Below are positions 1-23,391 of a stretch of DNA of 64,000 bases, piece by piece. Positions within the stretch are counted from its first letter, which is position 1. Each line of letters starts with the position of its first letter. The stretch lies in NCBI RefSeq assembly GCF_009914755.1, contig NC_060925.1; one strand, given 5' to 3'. A model generated the notes under the pieces. The model was not told where the DNA came from and made no database searches. It saw nothing but the letters and a program-made list of their open reading frames with translations. The position numbers were made by a program, and so were the translations under genes. The DNA is from the human T2T-CHM13v2.0 reference genome, Homo sapiens.

Positions 1-1150
1 GCCCCGCTGAGGGCCAGAGCAGGGCCTTTGCCCAAATCAAGGAGGAGCCTATTGTTTCTTCCAGTTTGTGTATGGAAGGCAAAAACATACAAACAAAAAT
101 TCTTTGAAAGCTCTTCAGGCTCTGCAATTTGGGACATGTTTATAGGGCATGTGTAAGTCACAGTGGTCAGTGGCTCTGTGGCCACAGAAGGCATTAAGAG
201 GAAATGTTAGTGGCCTCCTCACCCTTTGTTCCTTAAAGGGCTTCTGCATTGACACCAACAGCCAGAAGGGTTTGCTAGCTTTTAGTGTGGTTATAGTGTG
301 GACTTAGACACTATAAAATGGGAGGAAAGAAAGCTCCTTTTTGGGAAGAAACTTCTACCTATGTCAGCTATGGTATACCAGCTCACAGAGTGCTAAGAAA
401 AAATAAATTTTTTAATTAAAAAAAAACTACATGTGCATGTTTATGAAAACCTGGTTTCACAATCAGAATACTGAACCTGCTAATAAATTTATACCAGAAA
501 AGCATGCATGCTTTGCTGTTAAAAATTAACTTTATAATTTACTTTTTGGCAATAGGGGATAATGAGAAAGAGCAGCAAAGATATCTTTAAAAGGCAGCAG
601 GGAGTCAGACCTCCTCCTCCTTTCTTCACCCAGGTCTGCACTCGTGGGCACTGAGTCGAGACCACCAAATGCATGTGGGTGGGTCTGATACCCGGTGACC
701 TGCAGGGACAGCAGCACTCCCAGCCTCTGCCCACCTGCTGACCGCAGGGCAAAGTGTCTAGTTGTAAAAGGAAAGTATGGCTCCTTCTCCCCTCAACCTG
801 GCCGAATCTTCCAAAGTCATTTGCAGAATATTGACTGCACAGAGCGAAGAACACTTTGTTTACAATGCAGTTGGTGCAAAATGAATAGACTAATGAAGGT
901 GACGTGAATGTCTTTGACTCATATTTATAGATTTTGGCTTCTTTGTTTCCTCTTGAACGTATTCGCAGTGCCTCCTTTCTTTGTCTGTCTTCTCTTCACT
1001 TTCATCAAAGGCAGCCTGTTCCTTCTGACCTTGAAATTTCTTTTGTAAACATCATGCCTGTTGGCACCTGAACCCACCTAAAGTTTAAGGGGTCCAGGGG
1101 TAAGGGGACTTTTAGAAAACCCTGCTGTCCTATGGCCAACATCAGATAAC

Positions 1151-1846
<696 letters not shown>

Positions 1847-2076
1847 TAAAAAAGAAATATGCAGCTGAGTGAGAAAAGGTTATTGAAAATTTTACTATAT
1901 ATGTGTGTTCATATGCTTAGAGACATTGTGAAAGCAGGTAACTTTTAAACTTCTTTATACTTTTACTTAACTGTGGTGGAATATACATAACATCAAGTTT
2001 ACCATTTTAACCACTTCCATGCATATAGTCCAGGGGGATTAAATAAATTCACATTGTCGTGCAGCCATCACCCTGA

Positions 2077-4746
<2,670 letters not shown>

Positions 4747-5204
4747 TTTAAGTTACTTATTTAAAAAAATTATTGCCCACTCTTTAGCAATGGGGAGGGA
4801 ATAGTGTTTCTTCCTGGATCTTCAGGAGTGGCTGTCCCTTCTGGGAAGGTGCACTTTTTAGTTGAGAAGTGAAGTTCAGGGAACCTGGTGACAGTGGGTT
4901 AATAGTTTCTCAACTTACCTCTTTTTGCCAACTCTGACATGTAGGACTCATTCATTCTTTCAGTCACTGTCATTCATTTATTTATTCATCAGTAAGTGCC
5001 TTCCTTGAGCATGGCACACCAAACTATGTAGCAGGGCTCAAAGAACCATCGTGCACAGTGCCTGCCCTCATAGGGCTGGCTGTCTAGTGAGGGAGGTGGG
5101 CGTGTGAACAGGCAAATCACACACCAGTGGCCAACACCAGGGCAGAATGATGGACAAAGCACTGCTGATGGGCAAAGAGCACAGAAAACAAAATGACCAC
5201 CTGG

Positions 5205-5818
<614 letters not shown>

Positions 5819-6445
5819 TTGGCTTGAGGAGTCTAGAAATTAGGAGGTGACATCTGAGCTGTGTCTTAAAGGACAAATAGGAAGTTTCGGGTGGAGCTGG
5901 CATCTGCAAGAGCACAAAGCCCCAAGAGCTAGCTAGCGTCCACCTCGTCAAACAGAGGTGGCGTCAGAACAAGAAACTCTCCAGGGCAAGAGGAAAGTGC
6001 CTAGATTTCTTGTTTGTATTTTATACCATATAGATAAAATTGTTATTTGTTTTTTGTAAGGCTTTCAGTCACCTTGAGTATCTGGCTAAAACCTATTTTT
6101 TATCTTAAACTATAGACACAAAGATTAATGTTGTCAAAGTAGCATAAAAGCTGGTCTTGAAGAAATATTTTATCAACTAAATACACGGAAGAGCTGTATA
6201 ATAAAATCCTGTCTCCTTAGCTTTTTCTTGTGTGCTGTGTAGTACAAAATATTTTGTTTTTATCTCCCTTCTGTGGTTAATACTTATAAAGCCAGCAACG
6301 ATTTTATCTGACATTCAGAAATATCAATGTAAAAGCCTGTAAGCCCTGCAAAGAAAATTGTTTTTCTTCATTCTTTTCACCAATACTGGGAAGCTCCCAA
6401 AGATATCCAAGGTTAAGCAATTTGCATTCAGATTGTTGTTATTAA

Positions 6446-9470
<3,025 letters not shown>

Positions 9471-10699
9471 TTAAAATAAGATGGATGACCATAATCTGAA
9501 AGATGTAAAAAAAGAAACTGACCTAATTTATTTTTTTGAATGAATAAAATATATGTGGTACAAAATTCAAAAGGTATGAAGGCTCATAGAGTAAAAACTA
9601 ATTTTTTTTTATAAATGTGTCCCAAAACCACTCGGATCCCTCTCCCCTGAGTGCACCGATTCCAGGGAATCCTTGTGTGAACAGGCAGGTAGCATCCTTA
9701 TGCGCCCTTCACGCATCTGTACACATCACACTTTTCTCACTAAGCAACAGGTCCCATACGCTCAGTTCCTAATTGTATAAATACCCACCTCATCGATCTC
9801 AATGTCTGTGTAGTATTCTATTGCGTGAATGTGCCATATTTTATTTAACCAGTTCCCTTCTCAAGAATATGGAAGCAGTTTTCCATCTTTCAGAAACTCT
9901 GATTTATTTGTTTATTATTTGTATTTTTTTCCTGACAAAAATGCTGTTCAGAACAGAAATTCGAGTTTAAATTGCAGTGGCTGTTCTGGTTCATGTAGAA
10001 CTAGACTTCAGCCTTTTCCTCATTTTCTTTTGCCTGGTAGACTTTTGCTTATCCTTTTATTTTCAGCATTTTTCAAACATTTTATTTTGGGTGTGTCTCT
10101 TGTATACCCAAGCAGTGATTGCAACATTTTCAGCAATTGCTATAATTTCCATTTTAGATACAGAGACACCTGTCACTTCGCACCTTAAATGAAGAGCTTC
10201 TGAGCTAATTTCTTCAATGGGAAGGCACCTCGGGGGTGATACATGAATAACGTGGAATAATGCAATTTGGGCAGATTACCAGTTAAAAGCAATGTTAGGT
10301 TTGGCCCACTTTGCCTTGCAGGCCGCTAAAGCCTCAAACAATATGACACCTGGCCTTTTACAAAGACCGGACAGTGGAGGTGTTGACAGGAATGGTGTTA
10401 AGCCAGGTTCATCTGGGTTTGTCAAGCATAGACTTCTATTTTTAAAATATTTAGGGCAAATACAGTTCAAAATTAATTTGGTCAACTACATTTTTCTTAA
10501 GTTTCTTTAGTTTTGAAACCTTTGTATATTTTTATTAATTATGAAACTCATACAAATGTTATGTAGGCAGAATTTTCAGGAAGTTTTATGCCCCTTTTTA
10601 TAAACCTGTAACAAAGAAATAAGTGATATAATAGGGAAATACGGAGGTGTATTTGCAGTCTTTGTATTTTACAAAATTATCATTTGACCATAGATGTGA

Positions 10700-11130
10700 T
10701 CGTTGCTGTTCCAAGTAACAGAAAGCTCAACCCATAAAAGGAATTAACTGGCTTATATGTAACGGAAGAGTCCAAAAGCAGACATAGCTTCAGATGCAGC
10801 TTGATCCAGGGCTCAGATGCCATGATCAGAATCCAATTCTTGCATCTGTTTCTTTGGGTTGGCTTCATTTTCAGGCAGCCCCCTTCCTCATATCCTCAAG
10901 ATGGCAGAGACAGCCCATGGTCTTTCCCTTGCAGAGACAGATCACCAGGAAACAATACCTCTATCCCTAGCCATGAAACAGTCTTGAACTTTATTCTGAC
11001 TTGATCAGCCAAGTCCCTGTTGGTACCATCACTGCCTAGCTTAGGCCTGAGACAGTGCTGCACCTCTACTACCAAAGGCCGGGCTGGCCTTCCCTAAAGT
11101 GTATGTGCTGCGTGGGGGAGAGGTACGGAT
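10700..11130. mobile_element. Old MaLR (MLT1K/J-like) LTR remnant
   Basis: caagtaacagaaa...gcttcagatgcagcttgatccagggctcagatg motif. Confidence 0.5.
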
Positions 11131-11276
11131 CTGAACCAAAACGAGGGCTGTCCAGCGTCAGCAAATATCTCCCGCAGTCCCAGTGCCTCCAGCAGGAGGC
11201 AAAGCATCAACCCCTCCGTCTGGCTCCTCTACTGAAAATTCCCTCAGCAGCCTCACAGGCCTTAGGCTTGTCTTAG

Positions 11277-12197
<921 letters not shown>

Positions 12198-12199
12198 AC

Positions 12200-12511
12200 A
12201 TTCACCCCATTCAAGTGTGCAATTCAATGGATTCTAGTATCTTCACAGTGCTGTGCAACTATCACTCCTATCTACTTACAAAGCATTTCCATCATCTTAA
12301 AAAGAATCCCCATGTCCAATAGCAGTTCCCCTTCCCCCACCGTCATCCTCGGGCAACCGCTAATCTTCCTGTGTGTCTGTGGATTTGCCTCTTCAGGGCA
12401 TTTCACATAAACACAATCATACAATATGTGGCCTTCTGTGTCTGGCTTCTTTCATTTAGTGTAAGGCTTTTGAGGTTCATCCATGTTGTAATGTATATCC
12501 TTAGTTCATTC
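12200..12511 (-). mobile_element. Old L1M 3'-end fragment, resuming at ~14520-14630
   Basis: L1M 3' UTR motifs (aagtgtgcaattcaatgg...atcatacaatatgtggccttctgtgtctggcttctttc). It is split by the pseudogene and LTR insertions. Confidence 0.7.
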
Positions 12512-13893
12512 TTTTTTGTTAAGCTCACAAATAAAAAGCCTCACTTTTTATTTGAGGCAAGGAGACTGGCTACAGGGATTACAGTTCCAGCAGTCAAAAC
12601 GCAACTCCAAGTGGCACTATTTGGACCGTAGGTTTTGCTTCATTTTGGCTGGAAAAGGGTATTCAGGATGTACTTCTCCCAGCCGGACAAGAAAAAGGGC
12701 AAAGAAAACTGGAAGAGACGTCTCGTCTACACAAACTGCTCTTTGGACACAGCATCAACCTGACCACACCCGTGCTGGCCAGTCTGCAGGTTGCTGACCC
12801 GCCGTTAAGGGACACAGGCCATACTACACTTGCTAGAAAAACTGAGGCAGGAAAAAGAGGTGCAAGGCACTGGGGGAAGAGCAGGTACCTATAGCTTTAA
12901 AGCTCAGTGTTGAAGGGGTAATCCTTGCAGGAGGCACAGCTCACCAAGACACAGACCCTCCCGTTCCTGTTGTAGCTGACTACAGTGGTCACATCAGGCT
13001 GCTCAGTTGAAAGTCGAAGTCCTCCAAGTTTTCAGCAGTGCGTTCCAGCATCACCACCGAAATGATGATAGGAATTACCACCAAATTCCTATGCATGGGA
13101 AACCAGATCAGAACCTGGGCTGCGTTTTTATTTGTTTATTTTTTTTACTGTGCTTGGCTGTGATTGCTTTGGTGCTGGGATCCCCCAGACCTGTCACGAG
13201 AGCTGAGGGGACTACAGGCAGTCACCACCTTGCCTTTGGATTGGCAGCCCTGGATTAACTTCTCCTGAGGTGGGTGCAGGTGGCACTCACTGTGGTTAAC
13301 CACTGTTTTTAAGCCAGGTTTCTTTTTTTCTGTCTGTCATATATATATATATATATTTAGAGACAGGGTCTCACTCTATCACTCAGGCCTGGAGTGTAGT
13401 GGCATGATCATAACTCACTGCAGCCTCGAGTTCCTGGGCTCAAGTGATCCTCCCGCCTTGGCCTCCCAAAGTGCTGGGATTACAGGCTGAGACACCACAC
13501 CTGGTCTTAAGCCAGGTTTCTTTACCATCTCTTGGAGATGGCTGCAGTTGGAGATTCCAAAAGCTTTCAGAGCCCTTCATCCACCAGCTCCTCCATGTGG
13601 CCACCCATGTGACATGAAGTTGGTGTCACTAGGTACCACGTTGTCTGTCCCATCCAACAGGAAAAATAGCCTGTTGGCCAGTGAATAAGGTAGGAATCCA
13701 GGTGGTCCCCTGAGGGTCTTCTGACAGGCTCCTTTATCAGGCTCTTCTCATGGTATGAGCACCGCAGCTTGCTGACAGTGGCAACGTTCTCAAGCTTCAC
13801 AGACTCCGTCACTTGGCCTGGAGGGGAATTCTAGGTGTCCAGCCCCAGGACAGGCATTTTGGCACCATGATTGAGCACGATATGGTGAGCCAT
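12512..13893 (-). pseudogene. Processed pseudogene of aldose reductase (AKR1B1-like)
   Basis: ATG at 13893 gives [32 protein letters not shown]...VSKLRCSYHEK...DSYLIHWPTG...MEELVDEGL...KDYPFNTEL* (stop 12897-12899). It is intronless, with a premature TAG at codon 21 and frameshifts/deletions. The 3' UTR carries AATAAA (12547-12552) and there is an A-tail remnant at ~12512-12520. Confidence 0.92.
13326..13506 (-). mobile_element. Monomeric Alu (FRAM-like) inserted in the AKR pseudogene
   Basis: Single-arm Alu with a (TA)n-degenerated tail. 17-bp TSD ttaagccaggtttcttt at 13309-13325 and 13507-13523. Confidence 0.85.
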
Positions 13894-13900
13894 CCTCACA

Positions 13901-14490
13901 GGATTAAGAAGAATTCTGGACAGAAATATAGTTGTAAGTAAGCATCAGTCAGCCTGCACTTTGACCCACTTCCTTGTAACCAACAGTGACGTAGCACTAG
14001 GTAACATTTGCATCCCCGTTGTTCCTATAGATACAATTTCTGACCTTAGAATCACAAGGCTTTTGTTTAAAATAGATGGGATCTCTGACATTAGAATCAT
14101 AAGATTTTTGTTTAAGACTTGCTTAAGATGTTTTTCAGATCCTGAATTCCAGCAAAACAGCCGACACCAACCAGTTTGAAGACCCCCACAGAGGAATGTG
14201 ATCAGCATGAAAATACAGCTTCGTCTCCCTCTCCCATGACTCCACCCTGCACACTTCGACCAATCAACCATCTCCACACTCCAGTCTCCACTCCCAAACC
14301 CTTAAAAACCCCAGCCCCAAACTCCTCAGGGAGATGGATTTGACGTTTCCTCCCATTTCCTCCTTCGGTGGCCCTACGATGAAACCTCTTTCTCTGCTAC
14401 AACCCTATGCCTCGGCGTATTCACTTTCTGGTCCCATCCAGCGATGGACCCATCGTGGTTACCGTGGCTGGCCAAGCCTGCTGTGCTTCA
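13901..14490 (+). mobile_element. ERV1-class (MER4-group-like) LTR
   Basis: LTR-like motifs (gcttaagatgtttttcagatcctgaattccagc; cccttaaaaaccccagcccc; aaacctctttctctgc) and an internal ~45-bp tandem duplication. The subfamily is uncertain. Confidence 0.6.
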
Positions 14491-15185
14491 CAGACCCCAC
14501 TCAGGATCACACCACTTCGTTCCACTGTTTGGAGATGCCATGTTTGCTTATCCCTTCATCAGCTGATGAGCATTTGTGCTGTTTTCACTTTTTGGCTATT
14601 ACGAAAATGTTGCTACGAGCATCCATGATATTCGCCCATTTAAAAAAGTGTTTTTCACCATTACTGCTGTGGGAAATTTCTCCCTGGCTCTGTCCTTTCT
14701 TTGTAGCCCAGCCTTCCCCCAGGTTTTGGCTCTCCCTCTCTGGCTCAATGTCAGCTCCTTGTCTCACCTCCTAGAGCAATTCCACTCTCCCACCTCCTGC
14801 TGCGGCATTTCCAAAGCCTCTGCTTAGCAAGGGACCACCCATTCTGCACCTCTCCCCTTAGGGCTGCAAGCACCTGCACAAACTTGGTGGTTATCCTATG
14901 CCTCAACTCAATCAAATTCTCTCAGTTTTCCATCAGCAATCTTTTTAAGCCAAAGGGAAGGCAAGGACTTGATCTTCACATCACATGAATCATGACACCT
15001 GCCTTAGAAGGCAGAAGCAACTGTAGTTGGAATAGCAATTGTTTTTCAACATATGGGATGATATCAAGGCTCTTTCCTCCCCATATGTCCTGCCCTGTTA
15101 GTGGCTGGGGCTGAGGGTTTTCCCAGGAAGCCAGATTGTCCTCACAAGTTCCTCAGGACCCTAGGGCTTCCACAGATAGTAGGAC

Positions 15186-16158
<973 letters not shown>

Positions 16159-16964
16159 TGACCACGCAGATTTGAGAAACAGGCCCTCAGCCAACCAGAC
16201 TCTGGCTCTACGACACACTTAATACTGTGAAAAGAAGATTACAGGTCATAGTCACAAATACCAGGGGTGCAAAACTTCAGATTAGAAGACACTTGTCAGA
16301 CTCAGAGGCTCATCCAACTCCACGGAGATCATTATCACCACAAGTTCTTCAGACAGGTATGGAGGTTTTCTAAGGGATATTTTTATTTTCTGGATTGCAA
16401 TTTTGTTTAGGAAGAGATGAAAGTGAGGATCAACTACTTTGAGGATTGTACAACTTTGTAAATTGCACAAATATGATGGCATATTTATATCTGCCTGCAT
16501 TTGTGAAAACAAACTTGTCAAGGAGCTTATTTCTGGAAAGGGTCAATGATTCTAGAAAAAAAAAAAGATAAATATGAGACCCTTCAGTAAAAAGAAACTT
16601 ACTCTAGGGAAGTTTTTTGTTTTTTTAAAGAAGCAGTATTCACTCGTGTTTTTAAAAAGGAACATGGATTTCAACAATAATATAATGAGTAAAGCATCTG
16701 TTTCATTTATGAAATTAGACCTATTAAAGAACAGAATCATTGAGGGTTAAGGTAGGATGAGAGTGACAGGGAAAGAAAATGGAAGGAAGGCTAGGCACGG
16801 TGGCTCACGCCTGTAAGCACAGCAATTTGGGAGGCCGAGGCGGGCAGATCACCTGAGGTCCAGAGTTCGAGACCAGCCTGGCCAACATGTTGAAACCCCA
16901 TCTCTACTAAAAATACAATATTTAGCTGGGCATGGTGGCAGGTGCCAGTAATCCCAGCTACTCA

Positions 16965-17249
<285 letters not shown>

Positions 17250-17437
17250 TCACAAAGGACAGAATGGGAAAGATTAAGAGAGAGAAAAGGAAGTGTGGAG
17301 GAGTACAAGCAGAAATAACAGCCTGGGCACAGTGGCTCATGCCTGTAATCCCAGCACTTTGGGAGGCTGAGGTGAAAAGATCATTGAGGCCAGGAGTTTG
17401 AGACCAGCCTGGGTAACAAAGCAAGACCTTGTCTCTA

Positions 17438-17761
<324 letters not shown>

Positions 17762-18561
17762 TTATGGTGGAGAAGTGAAGTCTGTCACCAGAGGCCACAC
17801 TCCTGGGAGGTGGTAGGGCCAGTTCTAGACGAGGACTTCCATCTGCCAGCCCCATCCTGACTGCATGACTCCACGCTGCTTCTGTCTTCTGGAGGCACAG
17901 CCTCAAAATTGGGCCAGTGTTGAGGGGCCTGGGGACAGGGCTGGAGATGGGGCTCTGGGAGGCATCAGCACAGGGAAGATTTTCGGAACCACGAGACTGG
18001 TGAGACCACCAATGAGCGGCGGGGAGCGCAGATGGAGAAGAGGGGCCAGAGGACCGAGCCCTGGGTGCCCATCCTTCAGAGGGTACAGAGAAGGGACGGA
18101 TCCGAGAAGGTGACTCGGTGGAAGGAACCAGAGGGAGGGAGTGGGGAGTCCTGGGAGCCGCGTGGAGAGTGCATCAGGGAGGGAAGGGGGCCACCCTGCC
18201 AGAATATAACAGTGCCTGATACCTAGTGAGCACTCCAGAAATAAGAGCCCGTTCCTATTTTTATTAATGTCTTGTTGAGAGGAGGAGCGAGCAGTGAGTA
18301 CGGTAAGAGCTAAATTGTCATGCACCACAGCACAGAGTAAAGAGCTGATGTCTCAAATGGATAAATCAAGAAACAGCAGAGCAAGCGCATTTAGAAAAGC
18401 AGAGGTGAATACCTCAAAAACCTCAAAATGGTCACCTCAGAGGGGAGGAGGACAGGTGTGGAGGGGAGGGGCAGCCAGGACTGGGGATTTTAAAAAATAA
18501 GCCTTTTGATATTATTTGCACATGTATTTCTTTGATAAAAATTTTTTTTTTTAATTTTTAA

Positions 18562-18781
<220 letters not shown>

Positions 18782-19737
18782 TGATTGGTGAATGGTTTTG
18801 GGGGGCTGATTGCAGAGCCCACCAGGCGGCAGGGCTGGCGTGCACATTCTCCAGGACCCCACGTTCACACTCACTGTCCTGGACATCTTCCCTGCACTGC
18901 TAGGACACCTCGTTCTTTATTCACTAAGCTCTTTCCTGGCTCAGTGAGAGAACATTCAGAGGCCCCAGCAGCAGAGGAATAACAGGCTCCAGTGGAGAAG
19001 GGACCGGGAAGGAAGTAATTGGAAATCTCTCTTCCTCCCAGGTTCTATCTCCTCTGCTCACTCCCCACTGCTGAGGGTCGGTACAAAGGGGGGTGACACA
19101 CTCCCACCCCATCCTTGTCACACTGTGATCTCCCCCAACGCATCAGTGCCTGCACCTTCCAGGCTCCGGAAAGACGATGTGCCCTTTCTGCTTTGGAAAA
19201 TCACAGTTCTCAGAAGACCAACAGAAATGCATGTAGAAAATGATGGAAATTACTGGGTATCAGAGGACACGATGACCTGAATGAGTAAGAAGATGGTGGG
19301 GGCCGGGGGGTAGGGCGGAAGCCAGCTAGGACCTGATAGTGACAAATGCATAACTATTTGCTTATTTTCAGTGCCTTTTGCTTCAAATGAGAGGTTTCTG
19401 CTCTCCCACGGTGAAGTGTGAGGCATAAATCCTGCTTCATTATGGGGGACTTCCAGGGGGGTGGCACGGAGCCCAGGAGTCCCTGTGGCATGATGAGGGG
19501 GAAGTTGGGAAAGAGAAGCAGAAAGAAAATGGAAGGGGGCCAAACGCAGGAGGTGTGAGGAGGAAAGCCAAGGAAGACGAGGGGAGAGGGAATGATAAAA
19601 AGGAGGGAGAAGCCGGGCGTGGGGGCTCACATCTGTAATCCTGGCACTTCAGAAGGCTGATGCAGGAGGACTGCTTGAGCCCAGAAGTTTGAGACCAGCA
19701 TGGGCAACATGGTGAAACCCCGTCTTTACAAAAAAAA

Positions 19738-19867
<130 letters not shown>

Positions 19868-20139
19868 TAGCTGGGCAGGGTGGCATGCACCTGCAGTTCA
19901 AGCTACTTGGGAGGCTGAAGGGGAGGGTCACTTAAGCCCAGGAGGTCAAGGCTGAGTGAGCCATGATCACGCCACTGCACCTCTAGGCTGAGCAACAGAG
20001 TGAAACCCTGCCTCAAAACAAAACAAAACAAAACAAAACAAACAAAAAAAAGGAATGAGAGGTAGGGTCTAATAGGTAGGAGGCTGGCCCAGGAACAAGT
20101 CGGGGTGTTATTCTGTGCACTGATGCAATGGGTTAACGC

Positions 20140-20900
20140 ACTAGTTTCCTAAGCCCGTCAGGGTGAGTTGCCACAAACGTGATGGCTCAAAACAGAAATC
20201 CAAAATCCAGGTGGCAGCAGGGCCACGCTCTCCCCCTAGGTCCTAGGGGAGGATCGCCCTCGCCCCTGCCTCTCCAGCTACTGCTGGCCCCAGGCGTTCT
20301 TCGTCTTGCCGCTGTGTCACTCCCGTCCCTGCCTCTCTGCCTTCACAGGACCTCTTCTCCCGCGCTTCTCCACAGTGTCTGTGTGTCTCCAATCTCCCTC
20401 TTCTTTCTCTTATAAGGACATTAGTCACTGGATCTAGGGTCCACCCTAAGTCCAGGATGATCTTATCTCAAGATCCTTAACTTAATTTCATCTACAAAAC
20501 CCTATTTCCAAATAAGATCACATTCACAGGTACAGGGGGCCATGGACTGAATGTGTCCCCCCAGAATTCCTATGCTGAAATCCTAATCCCTGTGTGACAG
20601 TATTTGGAGGCGGGGCCTTTGGGAGGTGATTACGCTGTGAGAGTGGAGCCGTCATGAATGGGATCAGCGCCTTTATGAGAAGAGGCTGGAGACCGACCAT
20701 GTGAGGATACGGGGCGAGGGTAGTGCTCTTGAGCCCAGAAGCAGGTCCTCGCCAGAACTGACCATGCTAGCACCTTGATCTTGGATTTGCAGCCTCCAGA
20801 CGGTGAGAGACGACTGTCTGCTGTTTAAGCCACCCAGTCTTGGCATTTCTTATAACAGCCCTAAGTGATAACTGATTTGGGTGCCCCTATTCAACCCTTG
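20140..20900. mobile_element. MLT1C-like LTR (-) with a nested MLT1A-like LTR (+, ~20540-20875)
   Basis: MaLR motifs (tataaggacattagtcactggat...ctatttccaaataagatcacattc; tggactgaatgtgtccccc...gtttaagccacccagtc). The outer element resumes at ~20876. Confidence 0.72.
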
Positions 20901-21982
20901 TTTTGACTTAGATGACATTCTCTACAGGGAAAATTTCTTAGGACTATTGGACAAAATATAAAGTTCTTTTCTTGCTTTTTGGTTTTGCAAAAAAAAAAAG
21001 AAAGAAAGATGAATGGGTCAATGAGAACATCTGAAAAGTCTGGAGTATCACTGAGGAAAAAGAGGGCGATTGAGAATCCGAAAGTGAATGGAAACCTACA
21101 ACAGAAGTGAGATATGCTTTTCTGTTGTCACCTCATCGGACTGTGTGTGATGACACAAATGCCAATAGCCGGCAAACTGCGAGGAACCGAACATGATCCT
21201 GACAGTCTCAGGAGTGCCCCCGCTGAATGATTTTTAAGTTGAATATCTGACTAAAATAAATAATTGTCTCATTTCTTTGTTGATTTAACCAACTCTGAAG
21301 CCTAAAAGACACGTGTGAGGCCCTGTGAGGGGAACTAATAGGAATGTGGGCGAATGGCGTCCTTGGAGAGTTCATGGTCTGATAGGAGAGAAAGATTTTA
21401 TAGGAAATCACAGCCACAAGAAAGCAGCCCACACCCCACACGAGATGGCTGTGGGGGTTTGGGGAAGAAGATAGTGCACCCAGTTGCAGATATCAGAGAG
21501 GGCTTCCTGGAGGAGGTAGCACTGAAGCTGGGCATGGTAGGAGGAAGGATCTGAATGAATATGTGGTGAGAGGAGGAAGGCCATTGTGGGCGAAGGCAAA
21601 ACAGAGGTGGGAGGGGGCGAGCTCGTCAGGGAGTAATTAGTCGTTCAGTTTGGTTGGACCTTAGAGTCTGTGGACAAGAGTAGCGGAGGTGAAGCATAGT
21701 GGGGTTATTCCGGGGCTGGCTCCAGGACGGCCTTGAAGGCCACGCAGAGTTGATGCCGCAGACCCATGATTCCGAGGTTGGGAGAGAAGGTCCAGCTCAC
21801 AGAGAAGCTCCAGGGGCTGGAGATAGTCGGAGAGAGCTCCTCCAAAACGCCTGATGTGCCCCGGGACGTCCCTCCTACCATGGAACTGATGCTCTAGACA
21901 ATGAGATCCGCTAACACGCTCTGAGCAGGGAATGGCACCGCCAAGCTGTGCTCCAGGAAAGATGCATCTGTAGCTCCTTTTA

Positions 21983-22504
<522 letters not shown>

Positions 22505-23007
22505 TCACTCCTTGTTTGGGTTAAGATAATGTGTGTGCGATTGTCTCAGCCTCTCATCTCACAGGAGTTCCTAGTGCACTGCTGATCCCGAGGGTGCGCA
22601 GATCCGTCCTTGAGACACTCATCTGTTCTCTGATGCTCCTCCCTCATCTGTTCTCTGTTTTCCCTACACTGGCAGAGGGGAGGATGAATATCCACGGCCC
22701 CTCATTTCCTTCATTTGGATGACGGAAAGATGAAAATGTTTCAGCATCTCTTGTTGACATGTGAGCTGCAGTAAGGCCTGAAGAATCCTCTGCCCACCGA
22801 GAGCTGGGGCAGTGTGTGGGGTGTGGCAGAGACAGAAGAGACGGGAAGCTGGACATCCTGTGGACTCGGGTATCAGCTCACCTTCTACCAAGCATTCCAT
22901 TCCTCTGCTCAGGCCCCAAGTCTCAGAATCATCCTTGCCTCCCTTCTTTCTCCCTCTCCCTCCTCATCCAATCCGCCAAATCCTACCTTCACAATATGGC
23001 CAGTCAG

Positions 23008-23345
23008 CATGGGTGAACCTTGAGGACATTATGGTAAGGGAATAAGGCAGTTCCCAAAGGACCAACACTGTGATTCCACTTATCTCAAGTACCTCAGGGA
23101 GTCAGATTCCTAGAGACAGAGAGTGGAATGTGGATGCCAGGGGCTCTGGGGAGGGGAAAATGGGGGGTTACTGCTCAATGGGTACAAAGTTTCAGTTCTG
23201 CAAGATGAAATGAGCTCTGGAGATGGATGGGGGTGATGGGTGCACGACAATGTGAATGTATGTAATACCACTCAGTGTACACTCCAAAACGCTGAAGATG
23301 CTTTTATGTTGTATGCATTTTTATAATAAATAAATTATACAATAA
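23008..23345 (+). mobile_element. L1MB 3'-end fragment adjacent to the U1 pseudogene
   Basis: gaaccttgaggacattatg...aatgggtacaaagtttcagtt...gagatggatgggggtgatgg. Confidence 0.78.
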
Positions 23346-23391
23346 AGACCACCGACTTCAAGTTATGATCTCTCATTGGACAAGAGTGACA

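Noticed and set aside
13567-13812. 81-aa AKR-like ORF as a functional small protein
   Set aside because: It starts at a non-ATG codon downstream of a nonsense codon, drifts in and out of the AKR frame, and lacks the catalytic Asp and Tyr.
16280-16362. Possible cryptic exon ending at CAG|gtatgg (~16356)
   Set aside because: There is no convincing acceptor or recognisable peptide, so it cannot be supported without transcript data.
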